From: a virus
Lineage: Duplodnaviria; Caudoviricetes
Direction: 5' to 3' (one strand)
DNA: 40,716 nt
IMG/VR virus record: IMGVR_UViG_3300031841_002694
Coordinates: 1 to 40,716 of that record
Of the stretch, positions 1 through 9,764 are shown one piece after another. The translations under genes were made by a program, and so were the position numbers. The notes under the pieces are model-generated. The model saw only the letters and a list, made by a program, of their open reading frames with translations. It was not told where the DNA came from and did no database searches. Position 1 is the first letter of the stretch; the number at the start of each line of letters is the position of its first letter.

Positions 1-132
1 GCAGAGCGATAGCCGCCGCATAGCCGCAGAGCGATAGCCGCAAAATGGCCGTATTTAAGCGTCTGGCGGGGTTTATCGGTCAGCTAGGGTAGGGTACTAA
101 GGGCAAAAAAAAGCCCCCAAATGGGGGCATAG
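1..132. repeat. Left copy of 132-bp imperfect terminal direct repeat (partner 40585-40716)
   Basis: Direct comparison gives identity except at positions 91, 98 and 122; contains 25-mer units and a terminator. Confidence 0.95.
105..128 (-). terminator. Rho-independent terminator for leftward early genes
   Basis: Minus strand GCCCCC-ATTT-GGGGGC followed by T8, just after the stop at 153. Confidence 0.85.
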
Positions 133-152
133 ATTGGATTGCTGAGAGGGGT

Positions 153-548
153 TTAGAATGACTCTTCTATCATGGGGTAGCGATGGCGTAACCGCTCCCA
201 ATCTTCTATATCTAGCTGTTCATACAAAACATCGGATTCGCCAAATGTCTCCGCTCTGCGTTGCAACCAATCGCGTATGCAGTCTTTATAGTAATATCTG
301 TCACGATCCCAAAACCCAGTACCGTGACCGTTGCGCGATAGCCAAAAATCATGTCCAGCTTGCTCAATTGCTTTGTCACACAACATATTCTCAGCGTAAA
401 CAAAAAACGCGAGACACTCTAGCACCTGCTCACGCTTCCAAATTTCACAAAATTCTGCATCGTGATCTTCACGCGCTTCGGTAAATCTCACGGCTTCAAA
501 ATAGGCACGAATGAACCGTGTCTCTTTTTTGGTGGTTTCAATTTTCAT
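153..548 (-). CDS. Conserved phage early protein (GHDFWLSRNGHGTGFWDR motif), function unknown
   Basis: ATG at 548 with GGAG RBS and ATGA overlap with the upstream stop; motif recalled from podophage early regions. Confidence 0.8.
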   Translation of the reverse strand: MKIETTKKETRFIRAYFEAVRFTEAREDHDAEFCEIWKREQVLECLAFFVYAENMLCDKAIEQAGHDFWLSRNGHGTGFWDRDRYYYKDCIRDWLQRRAETFGESDVLYEQLDIEDWERLRHRYPMIEESF

Positions 549-781
549 TTTAATAGCTCCAGAGTCGCCACATAGTCGCCGTTTGGGAGTGAACCAAATC
601 CCGTAGGCCGATCCCATGCGTATTTTTTGCAGTATGCTTCGGCTAATGCCAACGCGTTATGCTCGTGGTCAAGCGCGTAATCATATGGCGCTGTCATTGA
701 TCCGGCTTCGGTGAACGCTTTAAAACGCGAACCCTTTGTGTCGGTAGGAGCTAGATATCTAATTTGAATTGCTTTCATCAT
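545..781 (-). CDS. Small phage early hypothetical protein (AIQIRYLAPTDTKGSRFKA family)
   Basis: ORF with GAGG RBS, coupled to the downstream gene. Confidence 0.8.
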   Translation of the reverse strand: MMKAIQIRYLAPTDTKGSRFKAFTEAGSMTAPYDYALDHEHNALALAEAYCKKYAWDRPTGFGSLPNGDYVATLELLK

Positions 782-822
782 TTACACCTCGTTTAGTTGA
801 ATAGACAATTAAGTGTTGTAAT

Positions 823-1296
823 TTAATATTCAGAAAATAGATCAAAAGCTTGATCAAGTGGTTTTGATAAATGGGGCACTATCTTGGCTGTATTTTTTTG
901 GCACAGCAGGTAAAGATCCAATGCTCTGCGGCTATCTGTGTCGTACCCTAAATCAGCGCAGAAATTAGCGAACGATTGATCAGAATAAACAGAGTCGAGA
1001 ATAAGCGAATGTAAAACATCGTCAAGCTTCGGAGCGTGAACAACTATTGTGTTGTGCCGTTGATTGCCTCGCTTGGATCTGTGGCCTAATCCGGTTCTAA
1101 ACTCGAACAGACTGCCGTTAATGCCGACAGTAAACAGATCATGCTCCCAACCATCCTGATCACTCAACCCTAAATATTGGACATGATAAGTATCGAATGT
1201 CTGGTTTAGAACGTTGCTATGTGATGCCTGATAAGCATCACGCGCTTGCCGTGTTTTGATGTCGGCAGGGTAATTACTAAAAACGATATTTTTCAT
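823..1296 (-). CDS. Phage early hypothetical protein
   Basis: 157-aa ORF, GAGG RBS, start overlaps the upstream stop. Confidence 0.8.
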   Translation of the reverse strand: MKNIVFSNYPADIKTRQARDAYQASHSNVLNQTFDTYHVQYLGLSDQDGWEHDLFTVGINGSLFEFRTGLGHRSKRGNQRHNTIVVHAPKLDDVLHSLILDSVYSDQSFANFCADLGYDTDSRRALDLYLLCQKNTAKIVPHLSKPLDQAFDLFSEY

Positions 1297-1556
1297 TAGT
1301 TACCCTCCGTTTTAGTGGTGTATCCGTGAACGGTGCAACAGTCTGTTGCTAGTCCGAATAATGGGTAATTTTTAAAGCCGCCATTCTCTAGGCTGTCTGC
1401 ATCAATATCCCACATAATTATTTCGCTATAGCGTAATAAAAATTCGTCTAGCGTCTTTATATCCTCATCGGATATACCGCTATCATCGCCATTGATGAGC
1501 GCAGATAGCGCCCATTTAGGAAAATCGTAAAACGTGTATTTATGCTCAATACTCAC
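1296..1556 (-). CDS. Small acidic hypothetical protein (WALSALINGDDSG motif)
   Basis: GTG start with GAGG RBS, overlaps both neighbours by 1 nt. Confidence 0.75.
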   Translation of the reverse strand: MSIEHKYTFYDFPKWALSALINGDDSGISDEDIKTLDEFLLRYSEIIMWDIDADSLENGGFKNYPLFGLATDCCTVHGYTTKTEGN

Positions 1557-1768
1557 TATGCAACCTCCTCGCTATCAAATGGCGCAAGCAAATCGGCCAC
1601 CGTTTGGCGTCCGTGATCTGGCAGATAATTTAAGAGCACGTTCAAAGCATTTAGCGCATTTTCTATTGTCGCCAGTTCTGACTCTCGACTTAACCGCACT
1701 GATGAGTCGTGATGTTCGAGAATCATGTTCAAGCTGTTAATTGTTGTTGCTAGTTCAAAATATGTCAT
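1556..1768 (-). CDS. Hypothetical protein
   Basis: ORF with AGAGGT RBS in the early operon. Confidence 0.7.
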   Translation of the reverse strand: MTYFELATTINSLNMILEHHDSSVRLSRESELATIENALNALNVLLNYLPDHGRQTVADLLAPFDSEEVA

Positions 1769-1807
1769 CGTTGATACCTCTATTAGTTGGTTGTACTACT
1801 GATTGTT

Positions 1808-1855
1808 GTTAATTCACGCGACAGCACTGCAAGCAATGCTATCTGGTTAATTAAC
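1808..1855 (-). other. Long intergenic RNA hairpin, candidate RNase III processing site
   Basis: Minus-strand RNA forms a ~20-bp stem with an internal loop and a G(CUUG)C tetraloop; no U-tract. Confidence 0.55.
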
Positions 1856-1857
1856 GA

Positions 1858-2100
1858 CTAGTAGCCGTTGCTGTACGCCCAATTTTTAATATTGGATATT
1901 TGCTTTCCCGTTAACGTTAGCCCCTCTCCGTTGTCATAAATGACGTAATCTGTGAGCGGGCAATCTTCGATTTCGTGCAGATTTACATAGCTGTCGTAAT
2001 CAGCGTTGCTATATATGTCGCAACGCGAATAACCCTCTTCGCAGATATCAACCTCTACTAAATAACCGTACATTTTTGTTTTATTGATTGTTTGCATCAT
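1858..2100 (-). CDS. Hypothetical protein, first gene of the leftward early operon
   Basis: ORF with AGAGGT RBS. Confidence 0.7.
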   Translation of the reverse strand: MMQTINKTKMYGYLVEVDICEEGYSRCDIYSNADYDSYVNLHEIEDCPLTDYVIYDNGEGLTLTGKQISNIKNWAYSNGY

Positions 2101-2132
2101 TGTTACCTCTATGTATGTATAAATGTCTCGCG

Positions 2133-2161
2133 ATTACACCACAATAAAGTAGTAATTACAA
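2133..2161 (-). promoter_or_regulatory. Sigma70-like leftward early promoter
   Basis: TTGTAA-N17-TGTAAT. Confidence 0.55.
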
Positions 2162-2173
2162 CTATTAGTTGAC
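2157..2173. promoter_or_regulatory. Operator-like palindrome TACAAC-N5-GTTGAC
   Basis: Exact copy of a motif recurring at phage promoters; a second copy at 2213-2229 lies upstream of TATAAT (2237-2242). Confidence 0.7.
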
Positions 2174-2276
2174 TATAGAGTAAACCGCCAGAGTCAACCG
2201 ACCATAGGACACAACAACAAAGGGTTGTAAGCGCGATATAATGCGCCTCATTCGCTATTTAACGGGAGTTATTACA

Positions 2277-2657
2277 TTGGCTAATACAAAGGATATTGAT
2301 CTGGATCGGCTGTATAACCTTGCCAAAATGGGGTTATCAGAAGATCAAATTGCAACGTCATTGGGCATATCGCGGTCAACTATCAGTAGGCGCAAACGCG
2401 AGGACGATACATTTGCCACCACTTTAATGCGCGGCAAGCAAAAAGGGGTAGAGACGGTGACTAATGCGCTGTTTGAGAACGCTACTGGCGATAAACCTAG
2501 CACATCGGCGCAAATATTCTTTCTAAAGAACCGCGCAGGATGGCGGGATAGGCAAGAAGTAGACGCTAACCTCTCAGGCTCAGTCGCTGTCGATCACGAT
2601 ATTGAGTCAGCCCTACAAGCTTTAAAGGATGCGGGTATAGACCCGTCAACGCTGTGA
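2277..2657 (+). CDS. terS: Terminase small subunit (HTH)
   Basis: HTH (EDQIATSLGISRSTI), AQIFFLKNRAGWRD motif, upstream of terL; TTG start after GGGAG. Confidence 0.85.
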   Translation: MANTKDIDLDRLYNLAKMGLSEDQIATSLGISRSTISRRKREDDTFATTLMRGKQKGVETVTNALFENATGDKPSTSAQIFFLKNRAGWRDRQEVDANLSGSVAVDHDIESALQALKDAGIDPSTL

Positions 2658-2688
2658 TCGCTCCTATTGGTAGTCGGACGAATATCGT

Positions 2689-2723
2689 TATAAATCAATG
2701 ACTTACAAGCATTTGGTACAGTT
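2689..2723 (-). repeat. Inverted copy of the attP left arm (IHF site + integrase arm-type site)
   Basis: TATAAATCAATGACTTA-N8-TGGTACAGTT is the reverse complement of 25354-25388 in both boxes. Confidence 0.75.
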
Positions 2724-2846
2724 AGCGGATCATTACGGTTTGAAACTTGGCAGGATCGGCGCTTTTAAACCCGATCCGCAAAATTGGGACTCCGGCCTCG
2801 CGGCATACACCCCCACATATCTGAGTACACATAGGGCGGCTTTATT

Positions 2847-4337
2847 TTGACAGAATCGACTTCAAAAAAATCGACTTCAAAAAAGAAAGTACCCGCTTTA
2901 ACAGAGTCGCAGAAAAATAAGGCGGCGAAAATTGCGGAAGCGATGCGCGTGGTGAAACTGCACAAAGCGCAGAACCGTTTGCAGTATTGGGAGCCATACG
3001 AATGGCAAAAAGATTTTTACAAAGCGGGTACTGATAACAAGCAACGTATGCTCATGGCCGCAAACCGTGTAGGCAAAACTGCTTCACAGGCCGCAGAAGT
3101 TGCATTCCACTTAACAGGTTTATATCCAGATTGGTGGGAAGGGATCAGATTCACGCGCCCTACAAAGATTTGGTGTTTGGGTGTGTCGGGTGAGCAGTTA
3201 CGCGATGTAATCGTTAAGGAGTTGATGGGAATCTACCTTGGCGAAGGTAAATTTGACGGCTCTGGCCTCATACCTCAAAGGCTCATCTACCAAGTAACCC
3301 CTGCGATGGGTACGCCAAGGTTACCCAGAGATGTGGCGGTGCGGCATTCGGCAGGAAATACAAGCTTAGTAAGTTTTAAGTCCTACACGCAGGGGCAACA
3401 CGTCCTCATGGGTTCGAGTCAGGACTACATCTGGATCGATGAGGAGCCAACCGACCCCACAATATACCCACAGTGTCTAACGCGAACAGCGACAGGTAAT
3501 GATGGAAAGGGCGGCTACCTTGTCGGTACTTTAACACCGGAAAATGGCATGACTGAGTTGGTCAGCCAGTTCATGGATCACCCGAACAAGGGTCAGTATC
3601 TCCAGAATGTTACTTGGGATGATGCGCCCCACATCACGCCAGAGACTAAAGAGCAGTTGTTGGCGGCTATCCCTGAGTACCAGAGAGATATGCGCTCCAA
3701 AGGTATTCCAGTGTTAGGTGAGGGGATGGTATTCCCAATCGCGGAAGAGGCGATTAAGTGTGAGCCGTTCGAGATACCCGCGCACTACAAAAAACTGTGT
3801 GCCGTGGACTTCGGTATTACACACCCAACAACCTGTGTTTGGACAGCATACGACCCTGACTCAGATGTTATCTACGTTTATGACGCGTACAAAAAAGAAG
3901 GCGAGATTCCCGCAGTTCATGCCACGGTGATTAAAAGCCGTGGCAAGACTATCCCGTGTATCTATCCACATGACGGGGATAACACGGAGAAAGGCTCAGG
4001 TAAGACACTAGCAGAGATGTATCTGGAGGCGGGGGTGCTGATGATCGGCAAATTCACCAATCCAGACGGTACGAATTTTGTCGAACCTGCACTGATGGAG
4101 ATGTTGGAAAGATTCAGAACTGGGCGGTTACGAGTGTTCAGCAATCTGGTTCCGTGGTTTGAGGAGTTCCGCAGATACCACAGGAAAAAAGGAAAGATCC
4201 ATAAGGAGTTTGATGACCTTATGGATGCAACACGATATTCAGCTATTAGCGTAACGCGGTTCGGGCAGAACCAAGTAGAGCGAGAGCAAATAACTAACGG
4301 TTCAACAGGGTATACGACAAATGAATATAGCTTCTGA
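2847..4337 (+). CDS. terL: Terminase large subunit
   Basis: Walker A AANRVGKT, Walker B IWIDEE, TLTPENG, nuclease VDFG and DDLMDATRY; exact start uncertain. Confidence 0.95.
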   Translation: MTESTSKKSTSKKKVPALTESQKNKAAKIAEAMRVVKLHKAQNRLQYWEPYEWQKDFYKAGTDNKQRMLMAANRVGKTASQAAEVAFHLTGLYPDWWEGIRFTRPTKIWCLGVSGEQLRDVIVKELMGIYLGEGKFDGSGLIPQRLIYQVTPAMGTPRLPRDVAVRHSAGNTSLVSFKSYTQGQHVLMGSSQDYIWIDEEPTDPTIYPQCLTRTATGNDGKGGYLVGTLTPENGMTELVSQFMDHPNKGQYLQNVTWDDAPHITPETKEQLLAAIPEYQRDMRSKGIPVLGEGMVFPIAEEAIKCEPFEIPAHYKKLCAVDFGITHPTTCVWTAYDPDSDVIYVYDAYKKEGEIPAVHATVIKSRGKTIPCIYPHDGDNTEKGSGKTLAEMYLEAGVLMIGKFTNPDGTNFVEPALMEMLERFRTGRLRVFSNLVPWFEEFRRYHRKKGKIHKEFDDLMDATRYSAISVTRFGQNQVEREQITNGSTGYTTNEYSF

Positions 4338-6426
4338 GATTAATGAGGGTGAGTTGCTTGCCTCATTAGAAAATAGCATCAACGCCGCTGACTCATACGC
4401 TGAAAGTGAGATTGGTCATCAGCGTGATAAGGGTCATCGCTATTATTACGGTCAGCCACTGGGCAATGAGCGCACTGGCAGATCGCAACACGTCAGCATG
4501 GACGTTTTTGACGCAGTTGAGTCGGTCAAAGCGATGCTTATGGAAACTTTCTCGGCTGATAGAGATATCTGCCGATTTGATCCACAAACCGCAGAGGATT
4601 TTGTTCCTGCGAAGATGGCGACTGCACTGACTAACTACATCTTCTACCGCGAAAACAAAGGCACGAAGATTCTGCATGATGTTATCCATGATGCACTGGT
4701 CGCTAAGACGGGCATTGTTAAGCGTTACTACAAGAACTACTACGAATATGACGAGGAAACCTTTGAGGGCTTAGACGAAGCAGGGTTTTCGATGTTGGCT
4801 TCGGATGAGTCTGTGACAATCACTGAGTACGCCGAAGAAGCGCAAGCGGTACAGGTGCAAGATCCACAGACAGGTCAGATTTTAGAGATGGCGCAAGTCA
4901 TGTACAGCGGTGAGCTTGTGCGGAAGATCGACAAGAGCAAAGTGTGCGTTGAAGTTATACCGCCTGAAGACTTTCTCATAACACCACGCGCCACGTGCGA
5001 AGAAGATGCAGACTTTTGTTCGCACCGTACTAGTAGAACGCGGGGCGAGTTACTAAGTGAAGGTTACGATCCTGAGTTAGTACAGCGTCTTGATGAGGAC
5101 AGGGATCTGCATGAAGACGGATCACTTGGCCGTGATTCCGTTGATAACTATCGACACGATGATTCATATGAGTCTGACAATGATCGTGAATATGTGACGA
5201 TCTACGAGTCGTACATGAAGAAGTATCGTGATGACTTGCAGAAGTGCGTGGTGCTGAAAGTGCTTCACAGCCGCAGAGTCTTACTGGACTTAGAAATCGT
5301 CAGCGAAAATCCTTTCCGCTACTTCACACCTTTCCCATTGCCTCACAGGTTCCACGGTATGAGCCTTGCGGATGTGTTGTTTGACATCCAGAAAACGCAG
5401 AGCAGTTTGAAGCGTGGTGTGGTTGATCATACGTTTATGACCAACACCTCACGGTTCATCGCAAACCTGTCGTTGGTTAAAAATCCACGCGATCTGTTGG
5501 ACAACAAGGTAGGCGCGATTATCGATGTGAACTCACCGAATCCTGAGAACGTGGTGCGTCCTATGCCGATGCCCAACCTGTCAGGCACTGTGTTCCAAGC
5601 GATTGAGAACCTAGAAACTGAGAAGGAAGCGCGTAGCGGCATGAGTCGTATGGCGCGAGGAATGGACAGCACTGTCGTGAGCAAGCAGAACAGTTCTGAC
5701 TTGATTACTCAGTTTATGAATGCCTCTAACCGCAGAATTATGGTGATGGCGCGTAACTTGGCAGAGAACTTTTTGAAGCCACTGATGCACGATATTTACA
5801 GGTTGGCGATAGAGAACGAGAAAGCGGAAAAGATGATTCAGTTGGACGGGCAGTTCGTGCCAGTGAATCCTCAGTTCTTGGGTGATCGCACAGAGATGTC
5901 AGTTGCAGTTGCGCTGACACCTGAAGAGCAAGCGCAAGAAGCGCAGTTGCTGTTATCGTTAGACGGGAAGTTCACGATGAACGCTAACGATCCAACTCTG
6001 GGTGGTATGTATAACGCACCGCAACGTCACGCGATGCTGAGTCGAGCTTTTGAGTTGTTGAACATTAAGAACGGTGCTTCGTTCTTGTTTGATCCGAACA
6101 GTCCTGAGTACCAACAGCAACAGCAAGCGATGCAACAACAGCAGATGCAAGCTGAAGAAGAAGCCAAACTTTTGGCACAGCAACAAGCTGAGTTTAACGC
6201 TGATATCACCAGTAGGCAGGTATCGGTGCTTGAAGGCCAGTTAGAACTGGATGCGTTAAAAGAACAAAACAAAATGGTTTTTGAAACTCAGAAGCAAGAA
6301 CACTTGGAAGAAGAGAAGGACAGCAGATTGCTCATGGATGTTGAGAAACAAAACCATGATATGCAAATGGATGAGAAGGAACTCGCTGTCGAAAAGCAAC
6401 AGAAACGTAACGTATCAATCGGGTGA
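4321..6426 (+). CDS. Portal protein (P22 gp1-like)
   Basis: 701 aa directly after terL, Gln-rich C-terminal coiled-coil barrel. Confidence 0.9.
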   Translation: MNIASEINEGELLASLENSINAADSYAESEIGHQRDKGHRYYYGQPLGNERTGRSQHVSMDVFDAVESVKAMLMETFSADRDICRFDPQTAEDFVPAKMATALTNYIFYRENKGTKILHDVIHDALVAKTGIVKRYYKNYYEYDEETFEGLDEAGFSMLASDESVTITEYAEEAQAVQVQDPQTGQILEMAQVMYSGELVRKIDKSKVCVEVIPPEDFLITPRATCEEDADFCSHRTSRTRGELLSEGYDPELVQRLDEDRDLHEDGSLGRDSVDNYRHDDSYESDNDREYVTIYESYMKKYRDDLQKCVVLKVLHSRRVLLDLEIVSENPFRYFTPFPLPHRFHGMSLADVLFDIQKTQSSLKRGVVDHTFMTNTSRFIANLSLVKNPRDLLDNKVGAIIDVNSPNPENVVRPMPMPNLSGTVFQAIENLETEKEARSGMSRMARGMDSTVVSKQNSSDLITQFMNASNRRIMVMARNLAENFLKPLMHDIYRLAIENEKAEKMIQLDGQFVPVNPQFLGDRTEMSVAVALTPEEQAQEAQLLLSLDGKFTMNANDPTLGGMYNAPQRHAMLSRAFELLNIKNGASFLFDPNSPEYQQQQQAMQQQQMQAEEEAKLLAQQQAEFNADITSRQVSVLEGQLELDALKEQNKMVFETQKQEHLEEEKDSRLLMDVEKQNHDMQMDEKELAVEKQQKRNVSIG

Positions 6427-6429
6427 TTT

Positions 6430-6639
6430 ATGCCAGTCGATGAAAAAGCATTTGAAGATTTTATCAAGAAGGCGCACGACAAGAAGTACGCCAAAAAGAA
6501 AACGCGGAAACAGGCGTTTGATGATTTTGCAAAGTGGAAAGAAGGAAAGTTAGACAAAGATACTACGTTGCCAAAGCCTCCAACACGGGGGCGTATGGCG
6601 AAAGCTAAACCAAAGGCTAAACCCAAACCAACCACCTAA
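6430..6639 (+). CDS. Small Lys-rich hypothetical protein
   Basis: ORF in the head operon. Confidence 0.65.
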   Translation: MPVDEKAFEDFIKKAHDKKYAKKKTRKQAFDDFAKWKEGKLDKDTTLPKPPTRGRMAKAKPKAKPKPTT

Positions 6640-6652
6640 GTGGAGTTTACAT

Positions 6653-6907
6653 ATGAGCGATGAAGAAATAGGCGATATGGCTAGGACAGCAGAGGCCGCA
6701 AAAGAAATGTTAAACAGCGAGGTGTTCAACAGAGCGTTTGAAACTATGAATCGTCAGATCATGGATCAGATACTCGCATCACCACCAGAAGCTGATGCTG
6801 AAAGGGAGCGTTTGTACGCCATGTTTAAGGCGGGACAAATGTTTGTACAACAGTTTGCCGGACTCATAAACAACTATGAGTTGGCGATACAAGAAGAAGT
6901 TGTGTAA
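6653..6907 (+). CDS. Conserved head-region hypothetical protein
   Basis: GGAG RBS; lies between portal and scaffold. Confidence 0.75.
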   Translation: MSDEEIGDMARTAEAAKEMLNSEVFNRAFETMNRQIMDQILASPPEADAERERLYAMFKAGQMFVQQFAGLINNYELAIQEEVV

Positions 6908-6922
6908 AATAGGAGAATACCC

Positions 6923-7891
6923 ATGTCAGACGAACAAACCGCAGTACCGGACTCGGCTGAAGCAGGTGATAACGATATTATCGCTAGACTTACGGCAGTG
7001 TTGGAATCCGAAGATGGACAACCCCCATCGCCTGAAGAAGAGCAAGAAGTAGTTGAAGAAACTACTGATGAAGTGATCGAGGAGTCACAGGAAGTCGAGG
7101 AAGAAGCTGAAGAGACTGAGGAGGTCGAAGACCCAACCGAAGAATCTGAAGAAGAAACCGAAGATGAGCCTGAAGTCATAACCGAAGGTGTGATTGAGAT
7201 TAACGGAGAGCAAATATCCGTTGACGAAATCAAACTTGGGTATATGCGACAAGCTGATTACACCAAGAAGACGCAAGCAGTGGCCGAACAGCGTAAGGCG
7301 GCTGAAGAACAAACCGCCAACTACGAATCCACACTCAACGCACTTCTTACTGCCGCAGGAGCAGACCTTTCACGTTTTGACAATGTGAATTGGGAGCAAG
7401 CGGCAGTGCAAAACCCTGATCAATACAAGCAAGCCAAGGCGATGTACGAGCAGACTAAGCAGACGCACGATTTTATTCGCGCACAAGCTCAGGAGCATCA
7501 CAATCGCGTTCAAGCACAGCAACAGGCGGCTATGAAAGAAAACGCCAAAGAAAGCCTGACTGTTCTTAAATCTACAATCCCGAACTGGAATAACGATTTG
7601 TACTACTCCATAGGCGAGTACGCTACAGAAGCGTTAGGTGTCACCACTGAAGAATTTAATGATGTGCATGACCACCGCATGATTACGGCACTGTACAAGG
7701 CTATGCAATTTGATAGGGCTAAAACGGAAACGCAAAAGAAAGTGAAAGCGACTCCGAAGAAAACTTTATCGGGCAAGAAAGCAGAACCAAAGGATTTAGG
7801 TAAGAAAGACAACTATCGCAAAGCGCGTGAGCGTCTGAAAAAGTCTGGATCTATGGAAGATGCTGTTCAAGCCCTCTTGAATAGAACTTAA
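6923..7891 (+). CDS. Scaffolding protein
   Basis: Acidic N-terminus, GYMRQADYTKKTQ motif, precedes the capsid gene. Confidence 0.9.
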   Translation: MSDEQTAVPDSAEAGDNDIIARLTAVLESEDGQPPSPEEEQEVVEETTDEVIEESQEVEEEAEETEEVEDPTEESEEETEDEPEVITEGVIEINGEQISVDEIKLGYMRQADYTKKTQAVAEQRKAAEEQTANYESTLNALLTAAGADLSRFDNVNWEQAAVQNPDQYKQAKAMYEQTKQTHDFIRAQAQEHHNRVQAQQQAAMKENAKESLTVLKSTIPNWNNDLYYSIGEYATEALGVTTEEFNDVHDHRMITALYKAMQFDRAKTETQKKVKATPKKTLSGKKAEPKDLGKKDNYRKARERLKKSGSMEDAVQALLNRT

Positions 7892-7908
7892 TTTTAGGAA
7901 ATTTAATC

Positions 7909-8808
7909 ATGCCAGTAGTAGCAAATACCCTTAAAACCTACGATCAGGTAGGTAAGAAAGAAGATATCGAAGATATCATCTATGACATCAGCCCAACGCT
8001 GACTCCATTCACATCTTCAATCGGCTCAAGTTCAGCGTCAGCCACTTTACATCAGTGGCAACAAAGTGAGCTTGCGGCTGTCGGAACCAATGCGGCAGTT
8101 GAAGGCGCAGACGCGGGTGCGGCGAGCAACAACACCACAACCATGAAAAACGCTAACACGCAGATTTTCACCAAGGTTGTTCAGTCTTCAGGTACTTCTG
8201 AAGCCGTTGCCACCTATGGCCGATCTTCTGATTTGCAGATGAACATTGCGATGAAAGGAAAAGAGTTGCGTAGAGACATCGAACATGCGTTCGTTGGCGC
8301 TCTGCAAGCAGGAACTGCGGGTAACGCAACAACTGCTCGTCAGCTTACTTCTGCTCAGAACCAGATCGATGCTTCTACAACTAGCACCGCAGGTTCTAAC
8401 CGTGCGTTTACTGAAACTCTGCTTTTGGGCGTTCTTCAGGACGTTTATGAAGCAGGTGGCGATCCCAACCAGATCCAAGTTACTCCATCTCACTCTGTTA
8501 CTGTTGCCAACTTCGCGGCTTCAGCAGGTCGTGAGCGTGACTTCAGCACTGGCACTAAGATCGTGAACTCAGTTGATCTATACGTGTCGCCATTTGGTGA
8601 GTGTTCTGTTGTTCCAAATAGATTCCTTCAAGCGAATACTTGTTTGGTACTCGACACTGAGTATTGGAGCCGTGCTGTTCTGCGTCCAATGCAGACTATC
8701 GTTCTTGCCAAGTCTGGTGACTCTGACAAGCGTCAGATGCTCACTGAGCTTACTTTGGTTTGTGAGAACGACAAGGCTTCCGGTCTTATCGAAGCACTTA
8801 CTGCTTAA
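7909..8808 (+). CDS. Major capsid protein (SU10/DUF5309-like)
   Basis: KEDIEDIIYDISP..TPF, NTQIFTK, KELRRDIE, YVSPFG motifs; followed by a terminator. Confidence 0.9.
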   Translation: MPVVANTLKTYDQVGKKEDIEDIIYDISPTLTPFTSSIGSSSASATLHQWQQSELAAVGTNAAVEGADAGAASNNTTTMKNANTQIFTKVVQSSGTSEAVATYGRSSDLQMNIAMKGKELRRDIEHAFVGALQAGTAGNATTARQLTSAQNQIDASTTSTAGSNRAFTETLLLGVLQDVYEAGGDPNQIQVTPSHSVTVANFAASAGRERDFSTGTKIVNSVDLYVSPFGECSVVPNRFLQANTCLVLDTEYWSRAVLRPMQTIVLAKSGDSDKRQMLTELTLVCENDKASGLIEALTA

Positions 8809-8821
8809 TAGCAACAAAACT

Positions 8822-8857
8822 GGGTGGCTCTTCGGAGCCATCCTTTTATTTCTTTTT
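8822..8857 (+). terminator. Terminator after the capsid gene
   Basis: GGGTGGCTC-TTCG-GAGCCATCC plus T-rich tail. Confidence 0.85.
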
Positions 8858-8867
8858 GAGGTTCTGC

Positions 8868-9167
8868 ATGTCTAGTGAGTTAAAAACAAAGCTTCATCAC
8901 GATCAGTCTGAAGACAAATTTCATATTAGCCATTCGCAGGATGTCAGTGCTGTTTTAGCGGCTAACAAGAGAGCCAGAGAGCAAGCAGAAGGTAAAAAGA
9001 TGGGCGACATGGTTCGTGTTGCATCTATACCTGATGTCGTTGCTATCGAGTGGATGAACGAAGGCATCAACGTCTTGTCTCCCAATCGAGAAGATTTAAG
9101 ACGCATGAAAAAGAAACTCAACTCACCTGAGTACGCTTACTTGCGTACAGGCGGCGGCAGACTATGA
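8868..9167 (+). CDS. Conserved virion-region protein
   Basis: ATG after GAGG; VASIP...LNSPEYAYLRT motif typical of the post-capsid gene. Confidence 0.75.
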   Translation: MSSELKTKLHHDQSEDKFHISHSQDVSAVLAANKRAREQAEGKKMGDMVRVASIPDVVAIEWMNEGINVLSPNREDLRRMKKKLNSPEYAYLRTGGGRL

Positions 9168-9763
9168 GTATGACAACATACGATGGCCTCAAAGCCTCAA
9201 TCGCTAACTGGTTAAACAGAACTGACCTGACAGCGGAAATACCAGATTTTATTGAACTTGCGGAAAACAGAATAGCGCACGAAATCCGCATCCCTACGAA
9301 CGAAAGAAGCGCGATCATCTCTGTAGACTCAGAGGGATTCACAACGCTACCAAGCGATTTTTTAGAATTAAAAGATGTCTTCTATAACTATGAACCTTTG
9401 ACTCGCGTTTCATTGTCAGACCTTTACAGCTACAAGCCACAGTCTGGCAAACCCGCATTGTTTGCGAGAGAAACGTATAAGTTAAAGTTTTTCCCAACTC
9501 CCGCACTTTCTGCGTCTGACGAACTTCGCATGATTTATTACTACGATGTTGGTCGATTGAGCAACTCACAAACAACAAACCCACTGTTGTCACTAGCACC
9601 AGAACTTTTTCTGTACGGCTCGTTAGTTGAGGCGGCTAACTTTTTGAATTCTGACGCGCAGAAGTGGGAAATAGGTTTTCAAAGCGCAGTTGGAAGATTA
9701 ACGAAACACGCGAGAGATTCTGAGTTCTCAGGAGCTACATCAATGGTCAACAGCGGGTATTAA
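9164..9763 (+). CDS. Head-tail adaptor / tail tubular protein A-like
   Basis: TYDGLKASIANWLNRTDL...FIELAE and PELFLYGSL motifs. Confidence 0.8.
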   Translation: MSMTTYDGLKASIANWLNRTDLTAEIPDFIELAENRIAHEIRIPTNERSAIISVDSEGFTTLPSDFLELKDVFYNYEPLTRVSLSDLYSYKPQSGKPALFARETYKLKFFPTPALSASDELRMIYYYDVGRLSNSQTTNPLLSLAPELFLYGSLVEAANFLNSDAQKWEIGFQSAVGRLTKHARDSEFSGATSMVNSGY

Positions 9764-9764
9764 G

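Noticed and set aside
2854-2883. 15-bp tandem duplication at the terL 5' end
   Set aside because: In-frame slippage in a low-complexity N-terminus with no evidence of function.
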